A stretch of DNA of 64,000 nucleotides from NCBI GenBank assembly GCA_015064895.1, contig SVRI01000001.1, positions 202,787 through 266,786 on the forward strand, in the 5' to 3' direction. Positions 1 through 7,752 of the stretch are shown one piece after another. The stretch is from Oscillospiraceae bacterium (lineage in GTDB: Bacteria; Bacillota; Clostridia; Oscillospirales; CAG-382). Every line of letters begins with the position of its first letter. Position 1 is the first letter of the stretch. The translations under genes were made by a program, and so were the position numbers. Under the pieces are notes generated by a model. It saw nothing but the letters and a program-made list of their open reading frames with translations, did no database searches and was not told where the DNA came from.

Positions 1-1125
1 GGAAGCTTCAACCTTTTCAGCCTTTACGATTTCATCGATAGCAAGCTGCTTCTTAACGTTGACAACAGCCTGATCCTTGTATCTTTCCTTGATATCGCTG
101 GCCTTCATGCCTGTGTACTTTGTGAGCATTTCAAGACTGAGACCCTGTGCGCGGAGGTTGTAGTCATATTCTCTTACAAGCATATCCTGTTCCTTGTCAA
201 CAAGAACATCGGGAATGTCAGCTTCAACATTTGCAATGAGTGCCTTTGTAAGTTCTTCTGCAAGTCTTACGTCAGCTTCTGCTGCATGTCTCTTTTCTAT
301 GTTTGCCTTAATGTCAGCTTTGTATTCAGCGAGTGTGTCAAATTCAGAAGCATCTTTTGCAAATTCGTCGTCAAGTGTGGGAAGTTCTTCAAATTCGATG
401 CCGTTAAGCTTGCACTTGAATGTTGCTTCCTTGCCGGCGAGTTCTTCTGCACCGTAGTCTTCGGGGAATGTAACAACAACGTCGAATTCAGAGCCTGTTT
501 CCTTGCCAACGATCTGGTCTTCGAAACCGGGAATGAATGCACCGCTGCCGAGCTTAAGCTTGTGACCCTCAGCCTTGCCGCCTTCAAATGCCTTATCGCC
601 GATGAAACCTTCATAGTTGATGTCAACTGTGTCGCCGTTCTGTGCTGCTCTGTCTGTAACTGCAATAGTTCTGGAGTATCTCTGTCTTACTCTTTCAAGT
701 TCAGCATCAACTTCAGCATCTGTTGTTTCAACAGTTACCTTTTGAACTTTAAGTCCCTTGTAAGCACTGAGCTTAACGTCGGGGTATCTTACGAATGTAA
801 CAACACAAACTACACCTTCTTCGTTTTCGAAGTCAACGTCTGTAACTTCGGGCATACCTGCAATCTTGAAGGGAGTTTCCTTAGCTGCAGAATCAATTTC
901 AGAGGGGAGAAGATCGTTGATAGCATCTTCATAGAAAACTGTCTTGCCGTAGAACTTTTCAACAAGACCACGTGTAGCCTTACCTTTTCTGAAGCCGGGA
1001 ATGGAAATGTGCTTTGCGTTCTTTCTGAAAACATTGTTTACTGCTGTTTCAAAAACATCCTTTGCAATAACGATGTTCATTTCCACCTTGTTTGTGTCAA
1101 TTTCCTTGTAGTTCTTTAAACTCAT
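1..1125 (-). CDS. tig: trigger factor, partial (C-terminus lies beyond window start)
   Basis: Hand translation of minus strand from ATG 1125: MSLKNYKEIDTNKVEMNIVIAKDVFETAVNNVFRKNAKHISIPGFRKGKATRGLVEKFYG..., later FKBP-type GAFIPGFEDQIVGK; frame open to position 1; GGAGG at 1133-1137. Absent from ORF track because no stop lies in the window. Confidence 0.93.
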   Translation of the reverse strand, partial: MSLKNYKEIDTNKVEMNIVIAKDVFETAVNNVFRKNAKHISIPGFRKGKATRGLVEKFYGKTVFYEDAINDLLPSEIDSAAKETPFKIAGMPEVTDVDFENEEGVVCVVTFVRYPDVKLSAYKGLKVQKVTVETTDAEVDAELERVRQRYSRTIAVTDRAAQNGDTVDINYEGFIGDKAFEGGKAEGHKLKLGSGAFIPGFEDQIVGKETGSEFDVVVTFPEDYGAEELAGKEATFKCKLNGIEFEELPTLDDEFAKDASEFDTLAEYKADIKANIEKRHAAEADVRLAEELTKALIANVEADIPDVLVDKEQDMLVREYDYNLRAQGLSLEMLTKYTGMKASDIKERYKDQAVVNVKKQLAIDEIVKAEKVEAS

Positions 1126-1189
1126 TTTTGTTCCTCCATGTTGTCCCTTATGGTTTTAGGGGACAAAACGTTAAAATTTATACTATTAT

Positions 1190-1217
1190 ATTCTATATGA
1201 TATTTATGAATTGTCAA
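1190..1217 (-). promoter_or_regulatory. candidate sigma-A promoter for tig
   Basis: Minus strand TTGACA (1217-1212), 16-nt spacer, TAGAAT (1195-1190). Confidence 0.4.
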
Positions 1218-1323
1218 GGCTTTTTTTGAAAAAAATTACCCCAAAGCCTTAAAAAGGGCGGTTTGGATGATTTTGCCTTACTTTTCCACTTTTTTTTAGC
1301 TATTTTTACAATATAATTTATGG

Positions 1324-1356
1324 AAAAACAAAAGAGAACGCAATCGCGTTCTCTTT
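1324..1356 (-). terminator. intrinsic terminator after tRNA-Lys
   Basis: 11-bp stem AAAGAGAACGC/GCGTTCTCTTT with 4-nt loop, followed on minus strand by TGTTTTT. Confidence 0.7.
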
Positions 1357-1358
1357 CA

Positions 1359-1434
1359 TGGTGCTCCTGCGGAGAATCGAACTCCGGACACCTAGATTAA
1401 AAGTCTAGTGCTCTACCGGCTGAGCTACAGGGGC
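1359..1434 (-). tRNA. tRNA-Lys (anticodon UUU)
   Basis: Minus strand GCCCCTGTAGCTCAGCCGGTAGAGCACTAGACTTTTAATCTAGGTGTCCGGAGTTCGATTCTCCGCAGGAGCACCA; cloverleaf with CTTTTAA anticodon loop, GTTCGATTC T-loop, encoded CCA; one C-A mismatch at 3:70 in the acceptor stem. Confidence 0.9.
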
Positions 1435-1476
1435 ATTTGGCTTGTAAATGTGTACGCACACAAAGTCAGCTTAACT

Positions 1477-1505
1477 AATATACCACAAACAAAATGGTTT
1501 GTCAA
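1477..1505 (-). promoter_or_regulatory. sigma-A promoter for tRNA-Lys
   Basis: Minus strand TTGACA-AACCATTTTGTTTGTGG-TATATT (17-nt spacer), about 42 nt upstream of the tRNA 5' end; near-identical to the tRNA-Val promoter at 34198-34226. Confidence 0.6.
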
Positions 1506-1563
1506 GAACTTTTTTCTATTTTTTGAAATGCATAGTTATTATGCCGCTTTTTTTGAAAAAATA

Positions 1564-1597
1564 CACAAAAAACAACGGGCGGTTGTTTTCCGCCCGT
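1564..1597 (-). terminator. intrinsic terminator after nrdR
   Basis: Stem ACGGGCGG/CCGCCCGT, loop TTGTTTT, T-run TTGTTTTTTGT on minus strand. Confidence 0.75.
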
Positions 1598-1610
1598 AAA
1601 GTGATTGTGT

Positions 1611-2069
1611 TTACTTGTTGCTGTCAAGCAGTTTATTGAGTTCATCTCTGAAGGTCGTGATATCCTTAAACTGTCTGTATACAGACGCAAAACGGACATA
1701 TGCAACCTCGTCGAGGTCCTTTAATTTGTCCATTACAAGCTCACCGACTTCTGTTGAGGGGATTTCACTTCTCATGGATGCAAGAAGCTGCTGTTCAATT
1801 TCAGAAACGGCATTTTCAATCTGATCCATGGTAACAGGTCTTTTTTCACACGCACGTACAATACCCTTTTTTACCTTGCTTCTGTCAAAGAGCTCACGTG
1901 TCTTATCCTTCTTGACAACCATGAAGGACATAATTTCTATAGTTTCAAATGTTGTAAATCTTTTCTGGCAGGCAAGACATTCTCTTCTTCTTCTGATGCT
2001 TGCACCTTCGTTGGAGGGGCGTGAATCGAGAACCTTACTTTCGGGATGTGCACAAATGGGACATTTCAT
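1611..2069 (-). CDS. nrdR: transcriptional repressor NrdR
   Basis: MKCPICAHPESKVLDSRPSNEGASIRRRRECLACQKRFTTFETIE zinc ribbon plus ATP-cone; ATG at 2069 has GAGGAG 8 nt upstream, and the ORF-track start at 2075 is too close to the SD. Confidence 0.93.
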   Translation of the reverse strand: MKCPICAHPESKVLDSRPSNEGASIRRRRECLACQKRFTTFETIEIMSFMVVKKDKTRELFDRSKVKKGIVRACEKRPVTMDQIENAVSEIEQQLLASMRSEIPSTEVGELVMDKLKDLDEVAYVRFASVYRQFKDITTFRDELNKLLDSNK

Positions 2070-2160
2070 GAGCATTGTCTCCTCTTAATAGTAGTTATAT
2101 TGTATTATACCACAACATTTTGTATATTGCAAGGATTTTTGAAAAAATTGTCTTTTGATA

Positions 2161-2194
2161 AAAAAAAACACCCCGAAGCAATAGAACTTCGGGG
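2161..2194 (-). terminator. intrinsic terminator after the GH20-like gene
   Basis: Stem CCCCGAAG/CTTCGGGG followed on minus strand by T8. Confidence 0.7.
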
Positions 2195-2209
2195 ATGGGG
2201 TGTGTTTTA

Positions 2210-3247
2210 TTATTCTTCTTCGTGAATGGGAGTGGGATCAAACTTTTCGGGTCTGAATAACCAGTTGTAGCAACGTCTTATGTGACGCATTCCGTCTTTG
2301 TGCCATGTACCGTCGTCCTCAACATCCTTTTCCTCCATACCGTCCATAAAGCTTCTTGCGGGAACCCATGTCGTCTCCATAACACCTAAGATGTTGTCGG
2401 AGCCGTGTTCTTTAGCATAGTCAAGGAAAAGCTTTGCATTTTCTGCAATGTTGAAGGGACACAGCCACATCTTAAAGCCCTTCTCTGCAAATACTTCAAC
2501 CGAACGGAAGTGACTCCAGTTGTGATAGTGCCAGTCGGTGATGATGAAGTCTTTGTCGAGAAGGTCAATTGCCGTCCATGTCTCGTTCTGGCTGGCATCC
2601 CAGGGGCCGTAGCCGAAATCAAAGGAGTTGAGAAGTCTGTCGCCCCACATCATGGGTACAGCTCCCTTTTCTTTGATATGCTTTGCAAGAGCATTGCACC
2701 ATTCGGCAAGAAGTTCTCCGTTGGTTTTGCCTGTTGCCTTGCATCTGTCGCACATGCCTATGTAGAATACTTCGTCAATGCCTATGTGCATGTACTTTGC
2801 TTCAAATGCATCCATAATTTCGTCCATAAGGTCAAGAACGATGGGCATAGCGTCGGGATGTGTGGGACACAAGCTGTAGCAGTATTCGGGCTTTTCTTCA
2901 ATGGGTGTTTCGGAAAGCTCGGGATGACCTTTTAAGAGCCCGTCGGGACGGGAATATTCCTGCACTGTCTGGTGACCGAGAAGATTCATGTCGGGGATAA
3001 GCTCGATGTTATGCTTGCGGCAAACAGAGAGCATCTTCTTGATGTCCTCTTTTGTAAGAGGAGCTTCGCCGCGGCATTCGGGGTGGCTCTCGAACATGTA
3101 GTTATATCTTATGATGAGAAGAATCGTGTCGATTCCGTCGGGAACAAGTTCTTTTTCGATAAAGTTGCAGAATCTGTCAACATCTTCGGGAATTGGTGCG
3201 AAAATGTTGAGACCTCTCTGCTTCCAAGGGTAGTTTGCAAGGCTCAT
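2210..3247 (-). CDS. glycoside hydrolase family 20-like (beta-N-acetylhexosaminidase catalytic domain), no signal peptide
   Basis: 345 aa; LLGHQ and MHIGIDEV (H-x-G-x-D-E type catalytic pair) recalled from GH20; AGGAGA RBS. Confidence 0.5.
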   Translation of the reverse strand: MSLANYPWKQRGLNIFAPIPEDVDRFCNFIEKELVPDGIDTILLIIRYNYMFESHPECRGEAPLTKEDIKKMLSVCRKHNIELIPDMNLLGHQTVQEYSRPDGLLKGHPELSETPIEEKPEYCYSLCPTHPDAMPIVLDLMDEIMDAFEAKYMHIGIDEVFYIGMCDRCKATGKTNGELLAEWCNALAKHIKEKGAVPMMWGDRLLNSFDFGYGPWDASQNETWTAIDLLDKDFIITDWHYHNWSHFRSVEVFAEKGFKMWLCPFNIAENAKLFLDYAKEHGSDNILGVMETTWVPARSFMDGMEEKDVEDDGTWHKDGMRHIRRCYNWLFRPEKFDPTPIHEEE

Positions 3248-3378
3248 AGTGAGTTCTCCTTTCGGATATTTAATTTACACAGCTATTATAACAAAGCCTT
3301 GCATTTTTTTCAATAGAAAACAGAAAACTCCTAAAAAGAAGTATAAATTTTTTCACATTAAGTGCTATTTTGCACTTT

Positions 3379-3936
3379 TTATTCCATCGCCTTCCATAGC
3401 TTTAAAAATAAGTCATCTGCATATTTGTACTGACTGAGATATTGCATTGTTGCTTCTTCAAAGCCGCATTTGTTTCTGACGTTTTCAGCTGCAATTTCGG
3501 GTGTTATGAGTGATGCGTCATATGTGCCGATTTCATTGGGAATCCCGGTAAAATCACATATGTCGAGACTTTCTTTACTCGTACCCGGCACTCTTATTTC
3601 AAGATGTGTATGTGCACCAGTACTGCTTCCTGTGGAACCCATAACACCCAGCTTGTCGCCTTTTTTTATGTACTGACCTTTCTTTACCGTGAAGCTTCCT
3701 GTTTTCATGTGTCCGTAATAAATACGTCTGCCGTCGTCAAGCTTTTGCCTTACATAGTAGCCAAAGCCGTTTTTTTCGTAAGGGGTTGCATCAACAATGC
3801 CGTCGGCAATGGCATAGATGTTTTTGTCCTCAAGTGCCACAAGGTCAAGACCTGCGTGATACTCGTTTTTGCCTCCCAGTGTGCGGTAGGAACGTGTGCT
3901 TGTCACTTTGAATTTTCCTTTAAAGCATGATATCAT
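3379..3936 (-). CDS. M23 family metallopeptidase, signal-less (endolysin-like)
   Basis: HAGLD (HxxxD) and GAHTHLE (HxH) motifs. The ORF-track GTG at 3945 is part of the SD GAGGTG, and the ATG at 3936 sits 6 nt after it. Confidence 0.85.
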   Translation of the reverse strand: MISCFKGKFKVTSTRSYRTLGGKNEYHAGLDLVALEDKNIYAIADGIVDATPYEKNGFGYYVRQKLDDGRRIYYGHMKTGSFTVKKGQYIKKGDKLGVMGSTGSSTGAHTHLEIRVPGTSKESLDICDFTGIPNEIGTYDASLITPEIAAENVRNKCGFEEATMQYLSQYKYADDLFLKLWKAME

Positions 3937-3957
3937 ATATTTCACCTCATTAATCAG

Positions 3958-4152
3958 CTATTCATTAAGATTCTTTTCTATGTCATTTTTCAGCTTTTTT
4001 GAATCGACATATCCTTCCGAAATACAGTATGCGATAACCGCCGATGCAACTGTTGTGGCACCTTCTGTGATATTGCCTTCAATTATGAGAAAAATGCCCG
4101 TAATAAGTCCTGCAAGCGCCGTTAAAAACTTTCTTGATGTAAATTTCTTCAT
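3958..4152 (-). CDS. small membrane protein, holin-like
   Basis: 64 aa, hydrophobic core LTALAGLITGIFLIIEG...VASAVIAYCI, charged C-terminal tail; sits immediately upstream of the signal-less peptidase; AGGAGA 6 nt before ATG 4152. Confidence 0.5.
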   Translation of the reverse strand: MKKFTSRKFLTALAGLITGIFLIIEGNITEGATTVASAVIAYCISEGYVDSKKLKNDIEKNLNE

Positions 4153-4154
4153 TG

Positions 4155-4469
4155 TCATTCTCCTTTTTGTTTGTGTGCTTTATTGTTTATATGCTTCTGC
4201 AGCTTTCCGTGTGCTTCGGCAACATTTCCGCCATAGCCTCTTTGTATAAGTGCGTCGAGTGATGCAAGAACAGCATAATTGACTACGCAAAGCTCTTCCT
4301 GAACACTTTTCAGATCCTCGTCATGGCATTTGTGCAGTTTTTCAATGTCAAGACTTTGCTTTTCCTGCTTCGACAACCATTTTATAAATGCGGCAATAAC
4401 ACCGAGGATTATGCCTGCCGCACCTATTATTTTCGACAAAGTAATAATTGTTTCGACTGTGATATTCAT
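4155..4469 (-). CDS. N-terminally membrane-anchored protein of unknown function (lysis-cassette partner)
   Basis: 104 aa; TM IIGAAGIILGVIAAFI followed by a helical/charged domain; AGGAGA RBS; its stop abuts the holin-like start. Confidence 0.55.
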   Translation of the reverse strand: MNITVETIITLSKIIGAAGIILGVIAAFIKWLSKQEKQSLDIEKLHKCHDEDLKSVQEELCVVNYAVLASLDALIQRGYGGNVAEAHGKLQKHINNKAHKQKGE

Positions 4470-4495
4470 CTGTTTCTCCTTTCTTTTTTCTGAAT

Positions 4496-4533
4496 AAAAA
4501 AAGGTACACCGATTCCGTGAAAATCAATGTACC
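4496..4533 (-). terminator. intrinsic terminator inside the leader of the lysis-type cassette
   Basis: Minus strand GGTACATTGATT-TTCACGG-AATCGGTGTACC (12 bp including 2 G-U) followed by T7; ends 26 nt before the start codon at 4469. Confidence 0.7.
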
Positions 4534-4590
4534 GTCTTAAAACGTATATACCGATAATTTCTGTACGCAGCCGTAAATTACCGTAATTAT

Positions 4591-4619
4591 ATTATAGCAC
4601 AAATGTTCCCAAAAGTCAA
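4591..4619 (-). promoter_or_regulatory. strong sigma-A-type promoter upstream of the leader terminator
   Basis: Minus strand TTGACT-17 nt-TATAAT with TGC extended -10. Confidence 0.65.
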
Positions 4620-4674
4620 GAAGAAAAGCGTTTTTGCAGAATTAAATGTTGACTGTCAATCGGTGTTTACTACA

Positions 4675-4872
4675 TTACAGATCGTCCGCATCCTGAACAG
4701 GTGTGTCAAAGGGGTCTTCGGGAACACCGGTGTACATACCCAAGGGATCGGTGTTCGATTTGCCGTCATAATTAATGCCGTCAATAATGTTGACATAAAC
4801 CTTCTGCTTTTTCTTTTTAAAGCTGTATTTTGTGTCCTCTGAGTTATTGTAAGGTGTGTTGCCGTGTGACAT
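4675..4872 (-). CDS. small hypothetical protein (65 aa)
   Basis: ATG with AAAGGAAG RBS; acidic C-terminus DPLGMYTGVPEDPFDTPVQDADDL; family not recognised. Confidence 0.5.
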   Translation of the reverse strand: MSHGNTPYNNSEDTKYSFKKKKQKVYVNIIDGINYDGKSNTDPLGMYTGVPEDPFDTPVQDADDL

Positions 4873-4960
4873 AATAATCTTCCTTTCGCATGATACTGTG
4901 TTAGTATCCTATGCAAAAGAAATCGCTTCAATACCTGTAAATAATTAGGAGTTTTGGTCG

Positions 4961-4990
4961 GAAAAAAGGCAGGCGTTTATGCCTGCCTTT
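4961..4990 (-). terminator. terminator after the esterase gene
   Basis: Stem AAAGGCAGGC/GCCTGCCTTT flanked by an A-run and a T-run (bidirectional shape). Confidence 0.7.
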
Positions 4991-4997
4991 AAATGTC

Positions 4998-5861
4998 TTA
5001 CTGCTTGTATATAATGTAGTCTGCGTTTTCCGCCTTTTCTTCAATCCAGTCAGCCGACATATCAATCCAGCGTCTTGTACGAAGGGGATAGTTCATGGGA
5101 GTTGTAACCTTGTCGGCAGTGGAAATGCCGTGGGGACCGTTCTCGAAAATATGCATTTCAAAGGGAATGTTCTGCTTTCTGAGAGAGTCGGCAAAGAGCA
5201 TTGTGTTTTCGCAGGGAACAGCCTTGTCGCCGAAAGTAGACCAAATGAATGTCGTAGGCGTATGCTCATCAACCTGCTTTTCAAGGCTGAGATAATCGAG
5301 CCACTTTTCATCGGGATACTTATCGCCGAGCACTGCTCTGAAGGAGCCTACATGGGCATGACATCCGCTGGTTATTACGGGATAGCAGAGCACAAGTCCG
5401 TTGGGCTTTACACTTTCAACATCTCCGAAATATTCAGCGCTTTCCTGTCTGTGCCAGTGTGTGCCGCAGCATGCCGCAAGATGTCCGCCTGCCGAGAAGC
5501 CGCACAGATAAATTCTGTCGGGGTCGCCGAAGTACTTGTCGGCTGTTTCTCTTACGTATTTAACCGCAGAAAGTGCCTCAAGCAATGCCACGGGATAAAC
5601 CGAGGGCATACAGGAATAGTAGAGAATACCAACGTTAAAGCCTCTTGCAAGATATTTGAGTGCAATGGGGTCTGCTTCACGTGAGCTTGTCATTGCGTAT
5701 CCTCCGCCGGGAAGTACTATGACGGTAGGTCTTTTGGGTGTGTAAACGCTGACGTGTTCATGCTCGTTGGGTATGTACAGCTTGAAGATTGTTTCATGTC
5801 CCTCGTCGGGTGCGTCGATTTTTGTAAAGTCAAGTTTTATTGTTTCTTCAATGTAAAGCAT
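4998..5861 (-). CDS. alpha/beta hydrolase, esterase/lipase type
   Basis: 287 aa; PGGGY oxyanion-type motif and GFSAGGH nucleophile elbow; the GGAGG RBS lies inside the heptamer repeat. Confidence 0.75.
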   Translation of the reverse strand: MLYIEETIKLDFTKIDAPDEGHETIFKLYIPNEHEHVSVYTPKRPTVIVLPGGGYAMTSSREADPIALKYLARGFNVGILYYSCMPSVYPVALLEALSAVKYVRETADKYFGDPDRIYLCGFSAGGHLAACCGTHWHRQESAEYFGDVESVKPNGLVLCYPVITSGCHAHVGSFRAVLGDKYPDEKWLDYLSLEKQVDEHTPTTFIWSTFGDKAVPCENTMLFADSLRKQNIPFEMHIFENGPHGISTADKVTTPMNYPLRTRRWIDMSADWIEEKAENADYIIYKQ

Positions 5862-6027
5862 TGTCGTTCCTCCTAACTTCTAACTCCTAAGCGGCGAGCC
5901 GCCGCAGGCAATTCACGGCATATGTTTGCAACAAACAAACCTTTGGTGTCGCGCAAACAACCCCGTTTGGTCGGCATAAACCCGACCGACCAAACTCTCT
6001 CCTAACTCCTAACTTCTAACTCCTAAC
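5862..6027. repeat. family-1 mosaic element (H7-D-linker-B-H7), fills the smpB-esterase spacer
   Basis: CTAACTY heptamers at 5872-5890 and 6001-6027; hairpin GCGGCGAGCCGCCGC (5891-5905); AATTCACGG (5910-5918); hairpin GTTTGGTCGG..CCGACCAAAC (5965-5996). An inverted, near-identical copy lies at 56814-57042. Confidence 0.9.
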
Positions 6028-6498
6028 TTACCTGTTTCTCTCTCTCATGGCACGTTCTATATCGCGGGCTGCCTGTTTCTTTGCCTCGGTATCGCGTTTG
6101 TCGTAGTTCTTTTTACCCTTGCAAAGACCAAGTTCAACCTTAACCTTGGAGCCTGAAAAGTACATTTTGAGGGGAATAAGCGTGTAACCCTCTTTACCGC
6201 ATAGACCGAAAAGCTTCATTATCTCCTTTTTGTGAAGCAGAAGTTTTCTTTCACGTCTCGGGTCTTTGTTGAAAATGTTGCCCTTTTCGTAGGGGCTGAT
6301 ATGTACGCCGTACATAATCATCTCGCCCTTTTCAACATGGCAGTAGGAGTCCTTCATGTTGACAGCACCCTGACGTATGCTCTTTACTTCAGTACCCGAT
6401 AGGGCAATGCCCGCTTCATATGTGTCCTCGACGAAATAGTCGTGGTATGCCTTTTTGTTCTGGGCTGCAATTTTTATGTTTTCGTTCTTGTCTGCCAC
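6028..6498 (-). CDS. smpB: SsrA-binding protein
   Basis: [33 protein letters not shown]... typical SmpB; GTG start. Confidence 0.95.
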   Translation of the reverse strand: MADKNENIKIAAQNKKAYHDYFVEDTYEAGIALSGTEVKSIRQGAVNMKDSYCHVEKGEMIMYGVHISPYEKGNIFNKDPRRERKLLLHKKEIMKLFGLCGKEGYTLIPLKMYFSGSKVKVELGLCKGKKNYDKRDTEAKKQAARDIERAMRERNR

Positions 6499-6667
6499 GA
6501 TTATTTCAATCCTTTCTTGAAGTGTGTGCTTTCTTTACTATTATAACATAAAAAAACATTATTTCAATAGTAAAATAAATTGTAAACTTAATTTTCTTCT
6601 CTTTATTTTGACAAAATAATGTTGTATAATATTCACGTAGATTTATCTCAATGAAGGACTGAATTAA

Positions 6668-7744
6668 ATGAATAATAATCCAAAACGTCCCGATATGTCA
6701 AAAAACGGAAAGACTGAACAACCGTCGGGCAACAAAAAGCGTCCTGCGGATAACCGTTCATTAAAGGACACCTCTGTTTCGGTGTCAACTTTGTTATGTG
6801 TTGTTGCCGTTGCCGCTCTGGCAGTGTCCGTGATTGTATTATTCTCAAAAATAATAACAAAGCACCCGGAAAAGGTGATTACAAAGGATTCTTTTGTTGC
6901 GGTAAATCCCATTACCGCCGAAGCCGAAAAAAACATAAAGGCGATTGAAACCGACATGAAAAACAACTTTGATAAAATCAAGGTTTCAAACGAAGATACA
7001 AAGGCAGGCAATCTCATACTGGTAAACAATGACTTAGCATACACCTTTGATCCGTCGCCCATGCGTGTTGCAAAGGCGGAGCAGGTAAACTTCAGCGGAT
7101 ACACCGACGGCAATTACGTTGTTTCTTACCCTGCATATGAAACGCTGACAACCGAGGCAATGAATGCACTCAATGACATGACGGCAGCCTTTGCACAGGA
7201 AACGGGAATAAGAGATTTATATCTTCTTGATTCATACCGTTCGTATGAAGACCAAGAGAGGGTTTATGAAGAAAAAGGCCCTGAAATTGCCACCGTTCCC
7301 GGTCACAGCGAGCATCATACGGGTCTTGCCTTTGACTTTGAAATCTACAGAAATAGTGTTATCTACGATTTTGACGGTACGGGAGATTATGCGTGGGTTC
7401 ACCAGAATTGCTACAAATACGGTTATATTCTTCGCTATCCCGAGGACAAAACTCAGATAACCGATATTTCATATGAGCCGTGGCACTTCAGATACGTGGG
7501 TAAAGAGCATGCATATTATATGTACACCAACAAGCTTTGCCTTGAAGAATACCTTGAGATGCTAAAAGGCTATCCGCCCGAAAGTGCACGTCTTAATTTC
7601 ACAACCGACTCGGGAGAAAGCTATATGATTTACTCCCAAGCCGTCAGCGGCAATGAAGCCGAGATTTATGTGCCCAAGAATTACCCTTACACCTTGAGCG
7701 GAGGCAATAACGGATACATTATTGTTTCGTGTAAGACAAACTGA
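6668..7744 (+). CDS. M15B (VanY-type) D-alanyl-D-alanine carboxypeptidase, membrane anchored
   Basis: N-terminal TM; SYRSYEDQ, GHSEHHTGLAFD and EPWHFRYVG motifs. Confidence 0.8.
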   Translation: MNNNPKRPDMSKNGKTEQPSGNKKRPADNRSLKDTSVSVSTLLCVVAVAALAVSVIVLFSKIITKHPEKVITKDSFVAVNPITAEAEKNIKAIETDMKNNFDKIKVSNEDTKAGNLILVNNDLAYTFDPSPMRVAKAEQVNFSGYTDGNYVVSYPAYETLTTEAMNALNDMTAAFAQETGIRDLYLLDSYRSYEDQERVYEEKGPEIATVPGHSEHHTGLAFDFEIYRNSVIYDFDGTGDYAWVHQNCYKYGYILRYPEDKTQITDISYEPWHFRYVGKEHAYYMYTNKLCLEEYLEMLKGYPPESARLNFTTDSGESYMIYSQAVSGNEAEIYVPKNYPYTLSGGNNGYIIVSCKTN

Positions 7745-7752
7745 TTGCTGAT

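Noticed and set aside
194-1119. Plus-strand ORFs (87 aa, 277 aa) and minus-strand ORFs (297-665, 810-1034) over the first kilobase
   Set aside because: They are antisense or off-frame to a clean trigger-factor reading frame. Their translations are low-complexity (S/C/F/V-rich) with no RBS.
2076-2209. NrdR-box upstream of nrdR
   Set aside because: Only a promoter-like TTGCAA..TATAAT is present. There is no convincing pair of 16-nt palindromic NrdR boxes.
3937-3945. GTG/TTG starts chosen by the ORF track for the M23 peptidase (3945), HTH-ARH (15798), GH130 (40251) and the holin-like gene (4158)
   Set aside because: In each case the proposed start codon lies within or directly abuts the Shine-Dalgarno sequence (GAGGTG, GGGGTGA, AGGAGTG, AGGAGA). 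An in-frame ATG follows 6-8 nt later.
3379-4931. Intact prophage around the lysis cassette
   Set aside because: There are no structural, replication or integrase genes within several kb on either side. Only the three-gene module and one small ORF are present.
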